Below are positions 1 to 8,498 of a stretch of DNA of 64,000 bases, one piece after another. The position numbers and the translations under genes are program-made. Source of the DNA: Eubacteriales bacterium (GTDB lineage Bacteria > Bacillota > Clostridia > Oscillospirales > CAG-272); the NCBI GenBank assembly GCA_045645205.1, contig JAZRIJ010000083.1, positions 1,343 to 65,342 of the forward strand, read 5' to 3'. The notes beneath the pieces were generated by a model that saw only the letters and a list, made by a program, of their open reading frames with translations, did not search any database and had not been told where the DNA came from. Position 1 is the first letter of the stretch, and every line of letters starts with the position of its first letter.

Positions 1-147
1 TGACAGTTTGTCCGGTAGTTTTGGATACTAATACATATATGATTGCGAAAATTTCTTCCTTATTATATATAGTGCCGCTTAACTCTATATAAGAAAACAT
101 TTTTGCACGATATTATAACTCAATAAATATTTTACAGGTATTATTAA

Positions 148-648
148 ATGACACAAACACAAGAATTTGTTAAACCTACAGAAAAAATAAAGGAACAGCC
201 CTTGAAAGTATGCTTTGTCTGCACAGGTAACACCTGCCGCAGTCCAATGGCTATGGCCGCACTTAATGCTTACGGTAAAGGAAAATATATTGCAGAATCA
301 GCAGGGATTATGGCAGACAATGGCGCTCCCATTAACACCAAAGCAAAGGAAGCTTTGGCTAAAGCAGGAATTGAATCCACCTACGAAAACAACTACGATG
401 CTCACATTGCCCGACAGTTAAACATGGGCATTATGGAATCAGCGAACAAAATAGTTGCCGTCGGAACAGGCCACGCCATGATGATCATTCAGGCTTTCCC
501 GCTTTGTGCCTCTAAGGTCACGTCCTTTAAACAAAGCATAACCGACCCCTTTGGTCAATCCCAAGAAGTATACGACAAGTGTTTGTCTGAAATAATTGAT
601 CAAATAAAGGCTATGTTTGCATTGCCCGACGGTGATCAAAATGGATAA
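148..648 (+). CDS. low-molecular-weight protein phosphatase (Tyr/Arg phosphatase family)
   Basis: 166-aa ORF. The N-terminal P-loop VCFVCTGNTCRSPMA is the C-X5-R-S signature of the LMW-PTP fold. The stop overlaps the next start (ATGGATAA). Confidence 0.75.
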   Translation: MTQTQEFVKPTEKIKEQPLKVCFVCTGNTCRSPMAMAALNAYGKGKYIAESAGIMADNGAPINTKAKEALAKAGIESTYENNYDAHIARQLNMGIMESANKIVAVGTGHAMMIIQAFPLCASKVTSFKQSITDPFGQSQEVYDKCLSEIIDQIKAMFALPDGDQNG

Positions 649-1087
649 GCTTATCATTTTACCTACTGAACAATCGCACCTTGACAAAATTTTCGAAATT
701 GAAGCTATATGTTTTTCTTCTCCATGGTCCAAAAAAAGCTTTGCTGACGGCATGGCAAATAAGGATATACAGAGCTATTTTACGGCATTGTATAACGGAG
801 AGGTCGTCGGATATATATGTTTATTTCATTTATTTGAGGAAAGCGAGTTGCTTAATATTGCAGTCAGTCCCAACTACCGAAAGCTTAGAATAGGACAAAG
901 CTTAATAGACTTTATGTTTAATTACTTAAAAACAAAAAATATAAGCCGAGTTACACTTGAAGTAAGGGAGTCAAACGTACCGGCAAAAAATCTTTATATA
1001 AAAAACGGCTTTACCCCAATCAGAATACGAAAAAATTACTATACATCCCCAATTGAAAATGGGATAGTTATGGAAAAACATCTTTAA
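641..1087 (+). CDS. rimI: ribosomal-protein-alanine N-acetyltransferase (GNAT)
   Basis: GNAT fold motifs (LLNIAVSPNYRKLRIGQSLI) and position directly upstream of tsaD. I moved the start to the ATG at 641, which overlaps the upstream stop, rather than the track start at 617. Confidence 0.8.
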   Translation: MDKLIILPTEQSHLDKIFEIEAICFSSPWSKKSFADGMANKDIQSYFTALYNGEVVGYICLFHLFEESELLNIAVSPNYRKLRIGQSLIDFMFNYLKTKNISRVTLEVRESNVPAKNLYIKNGFTPIRIRKNYYTSPIENGIVMEKHL

Positions 1088-1111
1088 ACCAGACTTGAAA
1101 GGATAACTTAA

Positions 1112-2119
1112 ATGCTGATTTTAGCCATAGAAAGCTCATGTGATGAAACAGCAGCTTCAGTTGCATACATCGACCAAGCAACCCAAAATATTGAAATAAA
1201 ATCCTCAATAATTGCAAGTCAAATAAACATACACGCCCTTTACGGAGGAGTCGTTCCTGAAATTGCAAGCAGAGCGCACGCAGAAGCTCTGTCGAAAATA
1301 ACCTATGAAGCACTTGACAAATCAAATACTACGTTAAAAGATATTGACGCCGTTGCTGTCAGCTATGCCCCCGGACTTATTGGCGCCCTTCTTACGGGAG
1401 TTAACTTTGCAAAAGGACTTGCTTTTGCAAACAACAAGCCTCTGATTCCCGTAAATCATATTAAGGGACATATTGCCGCATCATATATTGAAAACAATAT
1501 AAAACCTCCATTCTTGGCGCTTGCCGCATCTGGAGGACATACATCAATTATAAATGTAAAAAGCTACACCGATTACGAAACAATCGGCAGAACAAGAGAT
1601 GATGCTGTCGGTGAATGTTTTGATAAAATTGCGCGAGTCATGGGCATACCCTACCCAGGCGGCGCAGAAATGGACAGACTCGCATCTGTCGGAAATAAAG
1701 AAGCAATAAAATTCCCTTCAGCAGCAGTTTCTGGCGAAAACCTTGATTATTCGTTCAGCGGCTTGAAGACAGCAGCAATAAACTATTTACACAATGCCGA
1801 ACAAAAAAATGAAAAAATATGTAAAGAAGATGTTGCAGCCTCGCTGACCAAAACAATAGTTGACTCTATCATAATAAAGATAGGCGCGGCTATTGAACAC
1901 TATGGTTATTCTACGGTTGTATTAGCAGGCGGAGTTGCAGCAAACTCACACTTAAGAGAAGGTCTAAAAAAGTTTGCCGAAAATAAAAATTTAACCATTG
2001 CCATACCCTCACTGAAGTATTGCGGAGATAACGCCGCTATGATTGCTGTTCAAGCATATTATGAATTTCTTGAAGGGAATATTGCCAAAACGGACCTTAA
2101 TGCAGTTGCGCGTCCGTAA
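1112..2119 (+). CDS. tsaD: tRNA N6-adenosine threonylcarbamoyltransferase TsaD (Kae1/Gcp family)
   Basis: 335 aa. MLILAIESSCDETAASV start, VNHIKGHI metal-binding motif and a GGVAANSHLR C-terminal block typical of TsaD. Confidence 0.95.
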   Translation: MLILAIESSCDETAASVAYIDQATQNIEIKSSIIASQINIHALYGGVVPEIASRAHAEALSKITYEALDKSNTTLKDIDAVAVSYAPGLIGALLTGVNFAKGLAFANNKPLIPVNHIKGHIAASYIENNIKPPFLALAASGGHTSIINVKSYTDYETIGRTRDDAVGECFDKIARVMGIPYPGGAEMDRLASVGNKEAIKFPSAAVSGENLDYSFSGLKTAAINYLHNAEQKNEKICKEDVAASLTKTIVDSIIIKIGAAIEHYGYSTVVLAGGVAANSHLREGLKKFAENKNLTIAIPSLKYCGDNAAMIAVQAYYEFLEGNIAKTDLNAVARP

Positions 2120-2138
2120 GTTTTTTATCAACATTAAG

Positions 2139-2277
2139 GTTTTCCACACCTGTGGAAAACTTTGTTAGTAAACTTTTTGTGAACCCATTTTTTCCTTTAT
2201 AATCGCTAAAACTTAGGGAGAAATGTGGAAAAACCTGTTAGTTTTGTGGAAAAGTTACACTCAGTCCATGTGGAAAA
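2139..2277. promoter_or_regulatory. extra-origin DnaA-box cluster (five exact TTTTCCACA/TGTGGAAAA 9-mers)
   Basis: Boxes lie at 2140-2148 (TTTTCCACA) and at 2151-2159, 2224-2232, 2245-2253 and 2269-2277 (TGTGGAAAA). The first two form the perfect palindrome GTTTTCCACA-CC-TGTGGAAAAC. The same 9-mer is used in the oriC of this window. Confidence 0.6.
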
Positions 2278-2302
2278 CTTAAATTTTTTTATTAGACGGT
2301 GA

Positions 2303-2944
2303 TTGTTTGTGAACAATGAAAAAGGTAAGAGACCAACAAAAAAGAATATGGAATACATCTGTATCTCAAAATCTACTATTTTAAGACTCCCCTACTACTT
2401 GCGCACCCTGCGCGGTCTTCTTGAGTCTAACGTATTTAGAATTTCTTCAACCAGACTGGCTAAAATGATGAACCTTACAGCCTCGCAGATCAGACAGGAC
2501 TTGTCAGCCTTCGGCGCATTTGGACTTAAAGGCTATGGCTATGATGTCAAAACCCTTTATACTTCAATTCTTGATATTGCGGGGGTAAGAGACGAATATT
2601 CGGCTGTTATTCTCGGTACAAAAGAAATGATAACAATGCTGACATCACGTCCTGTGTTTACGAGACAGGGAGTTGCGCTCAAAAAAATATTTGAAGTAAC
2701 AAATATAGATGCGCTTGAAAAATTTAGAGATTATTGCAAAACACATTCCGTTGATATTATTGTGTTGGCAACAGAAAGCTGCATTACAAAAAAAGCTGTG
2801 GAGACTATAAAAGAGCTTAATATTAAGGGAGTTTGGAATTTTTCCGATGTAAATCTTGACCTTAATATACCGGTTAAAAATATTTGGATAGATGATTCTC
2901 TTATGACACTCTGCTTTGAAATAAGCAGAAAAAATCAAGAATAA
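2303..2944 (+). CDS. Rex-family (redox-sensing repressor-like) protein with a degenerate NAD(H)-binding motif
   Basis: The N-terminal winged helix matches Rex (ISKSTILRLPYYLRTLRGL, ASQIRQDLSAFGAFGLKGYGYDV). In place of the Rossmann G-x-G-x-x-G it has AVILGTKEMITMLTS. The true start may be the GTG at 2309, 6 nt after GGTGA. Confidence 0.7.
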   Translation: MFVNNEKGKRPTKKNMEYICISKSTILRLPYYLRTLRGLLESNVFRISSTRLAKMMNLTASQIRQDLSAFGAFGLKGYGYDVKTLYTSILDIAGVRDEYSAVILGTKEMITMLTSRPVFTRQGVALKKIFEVTNIDALEKFRDYCKTHSVDIIVLATESCITKKAVETIKELNIKGVWNFSDVNLDLNIPVKNIWIDDSLMTLCFEISRKNQE

Positions 2945-2959
2945 AATAAGGATAGATTT

Positions 2960-3937
2960 ATGAAGTTTAAATTTGTAAACACAAACGGACTAATAACCCT
3001 TCCTAAAGTGCCCTTGCTGAACAAAATCGAAAATGCTTCGGAAACCGAAATAAAGGTTTTGATATATGCATCGGCAACAGCAGAAAACGGGACGTTTGAT
3101 GAAAAGTCAATACAAAAGCTGTCCGGACTTGACTTGACAGAAATTATAATTGCTCTCCAATTCTGGCGCGGAGCTGAGGTTTTGGAATTGGTTGATGAAA
3201 ACAAAAATGTAAATGCCTCGTCTAAAACTGATCGAAAACCTTCTAAGGCTTTGCAAAAAAATGACATTCCGACTTATTCGGGCGAAGAAATTGAAAGAAT
3301 TTTTGAAAACAATGCCGAAATAACATTGCTTATTGATGAATGTCAAGAATTGGCAGGGAAAATATTTAATCCTCTTGAAATAAATAAAATTGTTTCCTTG
3401 TACGATTACTTGGGATTGTCAAGCGAATATATTCTTTCAATCTACGACTATTGCAAAAAGAATAACAAAACTACCGTTCATTATATAGAAAAAACAGCCT
3501 TCAACCTCTACAACGAAGGAATTGATACCGATGAAAAGCTTCGCGAATATTTAAAAGATAAAGAAATAATACACAGCTTTGAGGGAAAAATTCGACGTAT
3601 TTTCGGGTTAGGAAGCAGAGCACTGTCTAAAAAAGAAGCAGATATTGTTAAAAAATGGATAAAGGAGTTTAATTTCCCCCTTGAAGTTATTGAGTATGCA
3701 TACGAGCTGACAGTCAATGCTACCAGCCGCCCGTCACTTCCTTACGCAAATAAAATAATGTTAAAATGGTTCAACGCAGGCTATACCACCTTAGAAGAAG
3801 TGAAAAATGACAAGTTTGATTTTAAAAAGAAAAAAGAAGGAAATCCTCCCGCAGAATCAAGCTTTGATAATGATGAATTCTTTGAAGCTGCTCTGAAGCG
3901 AAGCTACGATAATATAGGTAAGAAGAGCACCAATTAA
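2960..3937 (+). CDS. DnaD-domain replication initiation/helicase-loading accessory protein (DnaD / B. subtilis DnaB-like)
   Basis: 325 aa with two DnaD-type C-terminal repeats (LSSEYILSIYDYCKKNNKTTVHYIEKTAFNLYNEGI and EVIEYAYELTVNATSRPSLPYANKIMLKWFNAGY). It sits directly upstream of the loader ATPase. Confidence 0.7.
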   Translation: MKFKFVNTNGLITLPKVPLLNKIENASETEIKVLIYASATAENGTFDEKSIQKLSGLDLTEIIIALQFWRGAEVLELVDENKNVNASSKTDRKPSKALQKNDIPTYSGEEIERIFENNAEITLLIDECQELAGKIFNPLEINKIVSLYDYLGLSSEYILSIYDYCKKNNKTTVHYIEKTAFNLYNEGIDTDEKLREYLKDKEIIHSFEGKIRRIFGLGSRALSKKEADIVKKWIKEFNFPLEVIEYAYELTVNATSRPSLPYANKIMLKWFNAGYTTLEEVKNDKFDFKKKKEGNPPAESSFDNDEFFEAALKRSYDNIGKKSTN

Positions 3938-3981
3938 TAATAAAACTTCTAACAAAAAAACAATAGTAAAGAGGTATAAAA

Positions 3982-4947
3982 ATGGCATATAACCGTGAAA
4001 ATTTTGTCAGACTAAAAAACGAATATGAGACAAAAAAGCGTAATGCTGTTTCTGATGCAGAAACGAGAACTGCAGTAATACACGCAAAATATCCCGAAAT
4101 AAAAGAAATTGATAATGAGCTTCGGGCAACAGGCATAAATATTATGCGCGAAGCTATGAATGGCAAAGACGGCCTTGAAAAAAGACTTAAAGCTATTGAA
4201 GAAAGAAATGCCGAGCTTCAGAAAAAAAGAATATATATCCTTGAAAAATACGGACTTCCTGCCGACTGCACCGATATTAAGTACGAATGTACAAAATGTA
4301 TGGATACGGGGTATATTGGAATTGAAATGTGCAGTTGCTTTAAAGCGGCGTTAGCAAAAAGCGCATTTGAAAGCTCAGGGCTAGGATCACTTCTCAAAGA
4401 GCAATCGTTTGAAAGCTTTGATCTGTCTTTTTATCTTGAAAACAAACAGAATTACGAAAAAATGCAAAAGTCTCTCGAAATATGCAAGAGGTACGCAAAC
4501 CTCTTTGACAAAAATTCGGGAAGTCTTATACTTATGGGCGCAACAGGACTTGGAAAAACGCATATCTCAACATCAATAGCAAAAGTAGTTATAGAAAAAG
4601 GTTATGATGTTGTATACGACTCCGCCCCCAACATTTTTAATGACTTCAACAAAGAACAATTTAAAGACCAATCGGGACTTACTAATAAATATTTTGACTG
4701 CGACCTGCTTATTCTTGATGACCTTGGAACCGAAATGCATACCGCGTTTACCGTTTCATGTCTCTATAACCTTGTAAATACGCGACTCAATTCAGGTAAA
4801 AGTACCATAATCAATACTAATCTTAACTTTGATGAGTTACGCAAGACTTACACGGACAGAATAACATCACGTATGTTCGGTTGCTTTGAACTTCTTATGT
4901 TTAGCGGTAAGGATATCAGACTGCAAAAACTGCAAAGAAATATGTAG
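3982..4947 (+). CDS. replicative helicase loader ATPase (DnaI/DnaC-type, IstB-like AAA+)
   Basis: Walker A LMGATGLGKTH, Walker B DLLILDDLGTE, and an N-terminal Cys cluster CTKCMDTGY..CSC resembling the DnaI zinc module. Confidence 0.8.
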   Translation: MAYNRENFVRLKNEYETKKRNAVSDAETRTAVIHAKYPEIKEIDNELRATGINIMREAMNGKDGLEKRLKAIEERNAELQKKRIYILEKYGLPADCTDIKYECTKCMDTGYIGIEMCSCFKAALAKSAFESSGLGSLLKEQSFESFDLSFYLENKQNYEKMQKSLEICKRYANLFDKNSGSLILMGATGLGKTHISTSIAKVVIEKGYDVVYDSAPNIFNDFNKEQFKDQSGLTNKYFDCDLLILDDLGTEMHTAFTVSCLYNLVNTRLNSGKSTIINTNLNFDELRKTYTDRITSRMFGCFELLMFSGKDIRLQKLQRNM

Positions 4948-5057
4948 TTTTACTTTCTTTGTAAAACATATTGTATTTTAAGAATAATACTGTATAATAG
5001 ATGTGGTAATTATAACTGTAAAAAATAAATTATTTATATACGAAGAGGATATTATTT

Positions 5058-6335
5058 ATGAAGTATTCTGAACTTTCAAAAATTGAATTGCTTAACCTTA
5101 AAGAACAGCTTACAGCCGAATATGAAGGACTGAGAGCCTTGGGACTTAAGCTTGATATGTCAAGAGGAAAGCCTGCACCTTCGCAGGTCGATATTTCCGA
5201 TGGTATTCTTACCGCAATCACCGACACCAAGGACACAAAAAGTGAAAGCGGCGTTGACTATCGTAATTATGGAATTCTTGAAGGTATTCCCGAAATAAGA
5301 GAAATGTTCGGTAAAGTTTTCGGAGTACCCGCAGAAAACGTTATTGCCTGCGGCAACTCCAGCCTTAACCTTATGTACGATGCATTTGCCAGAGCATACA
5401 TATTTGGTCTCCCCGGCGCTAAACTTCCTTGGGGTAAGCAGGAAAAATTAAAGTGGCTCTGCCCTGTTCCCGGGTATGACAGACACTTTGCTATATGCGA
5501 ACGCTTCGGCATAGAAATGATAAATATTGAAATGACACCTACAGGTCCCGATATGGATAAAATAGAAGAACTTGTCGCAAATGATGAAACCATCAAGGGT
5601 ATCTGGTGCGTTCCGAAATACAGTAATCCTCAGGGTATTACTTATTCTGATGAAACAGTACGCCGCCTTGCCGCTCTAAAACCCAAGGCTGACGACTTCC
5701 GTATTTTCTGGGACAATGCTTACTATGTACACCCGATTTCAAAAGATGAAAAGCTTCTCAACATCTACGAAGAGGCTCACAAAGCAAGTAATGAGGATAT
5801 ATTCTTTGAATTTTCATCTACCTCGAAAATTACATATCCCGGCGGCGGTGTATCGTTCATTTTTGCAAGCAAGAACAACATAGACTATATTAAGAAGCAA
5901 ATGACTGTTCAAACTATCAGCTTTGACAAAATAAATCAGCTTCGTCATGTTAAATTCTTTAAAACACCCGAAAATGTTATTGAACACATGGAAAAGCACG
6001 GTGCTTGTCTTAAGCCTAAATTTGACGCTGTTTGTGAAACCTTTGAAAAAGAATTTGCAGGTCTCGGTATTGCTGAATGGGTCAACCCCAACGGCGGTTA
6101 CTTTATTAGTCTTGATATTATGGACGGTTGCGCAAAACGCGCCCATGCACTTGCAAAGGATGCCGGTGTAACACTTACAAATGCAGGTGCAACATATCCA
6201 TACGGTAATGACCCCAGAGACAGAAACCTCCGTATCGCCCCATCCTATCCTACCCCCGAAGAGCTTAAAAAAGCTATCGGAGTTCTCTGTGTCTGCGTTA
6301 AACTTGCAGCAGTAGAAAAATTGCTCGAAAAATAA
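5058..6335 (+). CDS. PLP-dependent aminotransferase (class I/II fold)
   Basis: 425 aa. Includes the DMSRGKP motif, a SSTSKITYPGGG block with the likely Schiff-base lysine, and a NLRIAPSYP C-terminal motif. Confidence 0.7.
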   Translation: MKYSELSKIELLNLKEQLTAEYEGLRALGLKLDMSRGKPAPSQVDISDGILTAITDTKDTKSESGVDYRNYGILEGIPEIREMFGKVFGVPAENVIACGNSSLNLMYDAFARAYIFGLPGAKLPWGKQEKLKWLCPVPGYDRHFAICERFGIEMINIEMTPTGPDMDKIEELVANDETIKGIWCVPKYSNPQGITYSDETVRRLAALKPKADDFRIFWDNAYYVHPISKDEKLLNIYEEAHKASNEDIFFEFSSTSKITYPGGGVSFIFASKNNIDYIKKQMTVQTISFDKINQLRHVKFFKTPENVIEHMEKHGACLKPKFDAVCETFEKEFAGLGIAEWVNPNGGYFISLDIMDGCAKRAHALAKDAGVTLTNAGATYPYGNDPRDRNLRIAPSYPTPEELKKAIGVLCVCVKLAAVEKLLEK

Positions 6336-6396
6336 TAGACACAGTAACTTTTAATTATATTTGCTTAATACAGTAAGAATATATTTATAAAAAACT

Positions 6397-6443
6397 ACAC
6401 GCATTTAAAGTTAGTAAAGACCTTAAATGCGTGTAAATTTTTT
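6397..6443 (+). terminator. intrinsic terminator after the aminotransferase gene
   Basis: 12-bp stem ACACGCATTTAA / TTAAATGCGTGT followed by a T-run. Confidence 0.6.
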
Positions 6444-6513
6444 ATAATATTATTGAATATTTAATTTTATAAAAAGTTCTTAGACTCTCTTAATATTTAA
6501 ATATATTAACTTA

Positions 6514-7071
6514 TTAAACACTTTTTGTTACTTTAAGATGTTTTTTAATTCTGATTTTATTTACTAACATCCATACAGCTCCTACAAGAACTACTATTGC
6601 TGCTACATAAAATATGTAATAAGCCGCCCCCCAGTTATACGAACTGCTTGGAATAATACCACGCTCTGTATAATCACAATTTTGAATATAAAAAACACAA
6701 AAGGCTAAAATATCAAATACGATAATAGCTATGGGCTTTTTAAAAAATGAAAACAGCATAGAAATCAAAGAAAAACCACCAATTAAAGCAACTAAAGTAA
6801 CATAGAAAATACCGTAAGATGTATTACCCCAAATTTGCTCACTTAGTTTACTGTATAAATTTGTATATTCAATCATTGATATGTTTTTCATTTGTTTTGC
6901 AGTTATATTTAACTCTTTATAAACTAATTCATTTGGGTATTCGTTTATTTTTTCTGCTTGCTCCACTGTTGCAGTCGCGTATGGCATAAATATCGTTGAT
7001 ACCATTAAAATAGTTCCTACCAAAACTATAATAAAAGGAATTAATAATTTATCTTTTTTAAATTTTTTCAT
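6514..7071 (-). CDS. hypothetical integral membrane protein
   Basis: 185 aa with several hydrophobic segments. I recognise no motif. Confidence 0.5.
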   Translation of the reverse strand: MKKFKKDKLLIPFIIVLVGTILMVSTIFMPYATATVEQAEKINEYPNELVYKELNITAKQMKNISMIEYTNLYSKLSEQIWGNTSYGIFYVTLVALIGGFSLISMLFSFFKKPIAIIVFDILAFCVFYIQNCDYTERGIIPSSSYNWGAAYYIFYVAAIVVLVGAVWMLVNKIRIKKHLKVTKSV

Positions 7072-7095
7072 TTTTCTACCTCCGACACAAACCTA

Positions 7096-7848
7096 TTAAT
7101 AAGCTACTTCTGCAAGTTTTTCGGCAATTTTTAAAAGCTCTTTTGAATATTCAATTGCATCATTTGTGTTTTCTAACTCGTAAGTAATGTCATCTGATTT
7201 TTCTGACCATTCTACCATTTCAGAAACCATATCCATATAATCGGATAAAATGGACATATCTGTTGGATTATTCTTATATTTTTCAACAATTACTATGTAC
7301 TTATCTACCCATTCCTCATATTCTTTTAAAAACTGTCTCCAATCTGTATTAGATATTGAGACATCTGTGGACTGAACATTATCTGCATCGCTATCATCCT
7401 CATTATTTTCCGGTGTGTCGCTGTCATTTAGATTTGGAATTTCCTGATTATTTGACACTCTATTTAAGTATATTTTATCGCCATAGTAATCAACACAAAT
7501 TTTACCATTAATAATAGAACATCTTTCATTATCTATCATAATAATATTGTCCGATTTTAGCCAATTAACTAAGTCTCCATATTCATCATCGTAGATATAA
7601 GCTTTTCCACCATTTTTTAAAATAATATAGAAATCACTTAAATCATCACCCTCTATATTATTCCATTCATTAACGGAAAATTTTGATCCTTCATATTCGA
7701 TGTATTCTACTTTCCATGTTCCGCTAAAGTCATCTACTGTTTCTTGTGTCCCGCTATTCTCTTTGTCATTTACGTTTTTTTCTTGTGTATTACATGCTCC
7801 CAAAAATAAGCACATAATTAACGTCAAAACAATTAGTATTTTTTTCAT
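7096..7848 (-). CDS. hypothetical lipoprotein
   Basis: Signal peptide with lipobox MKKILIVLTLIMCLFLGAC, an acidic linker and a helical C-terminal domain. Confidence 0.55.
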   Translation of the reverse strand: MKKILIVLTLIMCLFLGACNTQEKNVNDKENSGTQETVDDFSGTWKVEYIEYEGSKFSVNEWNNIEGDDLSDFYIILKNGGKAYIYDDEYGDLVNWLKSDNIIMIDNERCSIINGKICVDYYGDKIYLNRVSNNQEIPNLNDSDTPENNEDDSDADNVQSTDVSISNTDWRQFLKEYEEWVDKYIVIVEKYKNNPTDMSILSDYMDMVSEMVEWSEKSDDITYELENTNDAIEYSKELLKIAEKLAEVAY

Positions 7849-7999
7849 TTCTTTTCCTCCGGCAATTTAAAGATTATATTTCCTTGTTTACACCATTATA
7901 TATCCTATATTTCCATTTGTCAAGTAAAATATATCTTTTTTTTCCGTATTTTTGGGTTATAGTGGATTTATACTATATATAATAATGGAGGTATGTGGT

Positions 8000-8314
8000 A
8001 TGGATTATATTGAATGGTTTTACAAACGATTGACAGAGCTTCGTATTCAAAAAGGCGTATCTGCTAGAGATATGAGTTTATCGTTAGGTCAAAGTGAAAG
8101 TTATATAAATAAAATTGAAAACAAACGAACATTACCATCTCTCACGGGTTTTATATATATTTGTGAGTATTTTAACATTACACCGCAAGAGTTTTTTAAT
8201 GTAAATGCTGTTGCTCCTCAAAAAACAAAAGCACTTTTACAAGAATTTGAAAAATTACCTCCCACACAAGCTGACCATATTCTTCAAATTATAAAAGACT
8301 TAAACGATAAATAA
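8000..8314 (+). CDS. XRE-family helix-turn-helix transcriptional regulator
   Basis: HTH_3-like region LRIQKGVSARDMSLSLGQSESYINKIENKRTLPS. The start is placed at the internal Met (MDYIEWF) after GGAGG. The track ORF starts at 7952, and the start is uncertain by a few nt. Confidence 0.7.
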   Translation: MDYIEWFYKRLTELRIQKGVSARDMSLSLGQSESYINKIENKRTLPSLTGFIYICEYFNITPQEFFNVNAVAPQKTKALLQEFEKLPPTQADHILQIIKDLNDK

Positions 8315-8353
8315 ATAATTCATCAAAGTATGCTACAAACAAGCATGAAAATA

Positions 8354-8396
8354 CCCCGACAGACTTTTTAAACTCTGTCGGGGCTTTGTTTTGTTT
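8354..8396 (+). terminator. intrinsic terminator after the XRE gene
   Basis: Stem CCCCGACAG / CTGTCGGGG followed by CTTTGTTTTGTTT. Confidence 0.65.
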
Positions 8397-8498
8397 AATA
8401 AATTCATTGTTTATTTTTTTCTTTACAAACTTATTATTTTTGTTTCTTATCTAAAATTTTGTATTTATATTACAGAAGCACAGAATCAGCCTATTCCC

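Noticed and set aside
2139-2160. The palindrome GTTTTCCACA-CC-TGTGGAAAAC as nothing more than the tsaD intrinsic terminator.
   Set aside because: It may well also terminate tsaD. However, it is followed by only TTTGTT, and three more exact TGTGGAAAA copies lie just downstream. These match the oriC box sequence and are not explained by a terminator. I keep this as a caveat rather than as the explanation.
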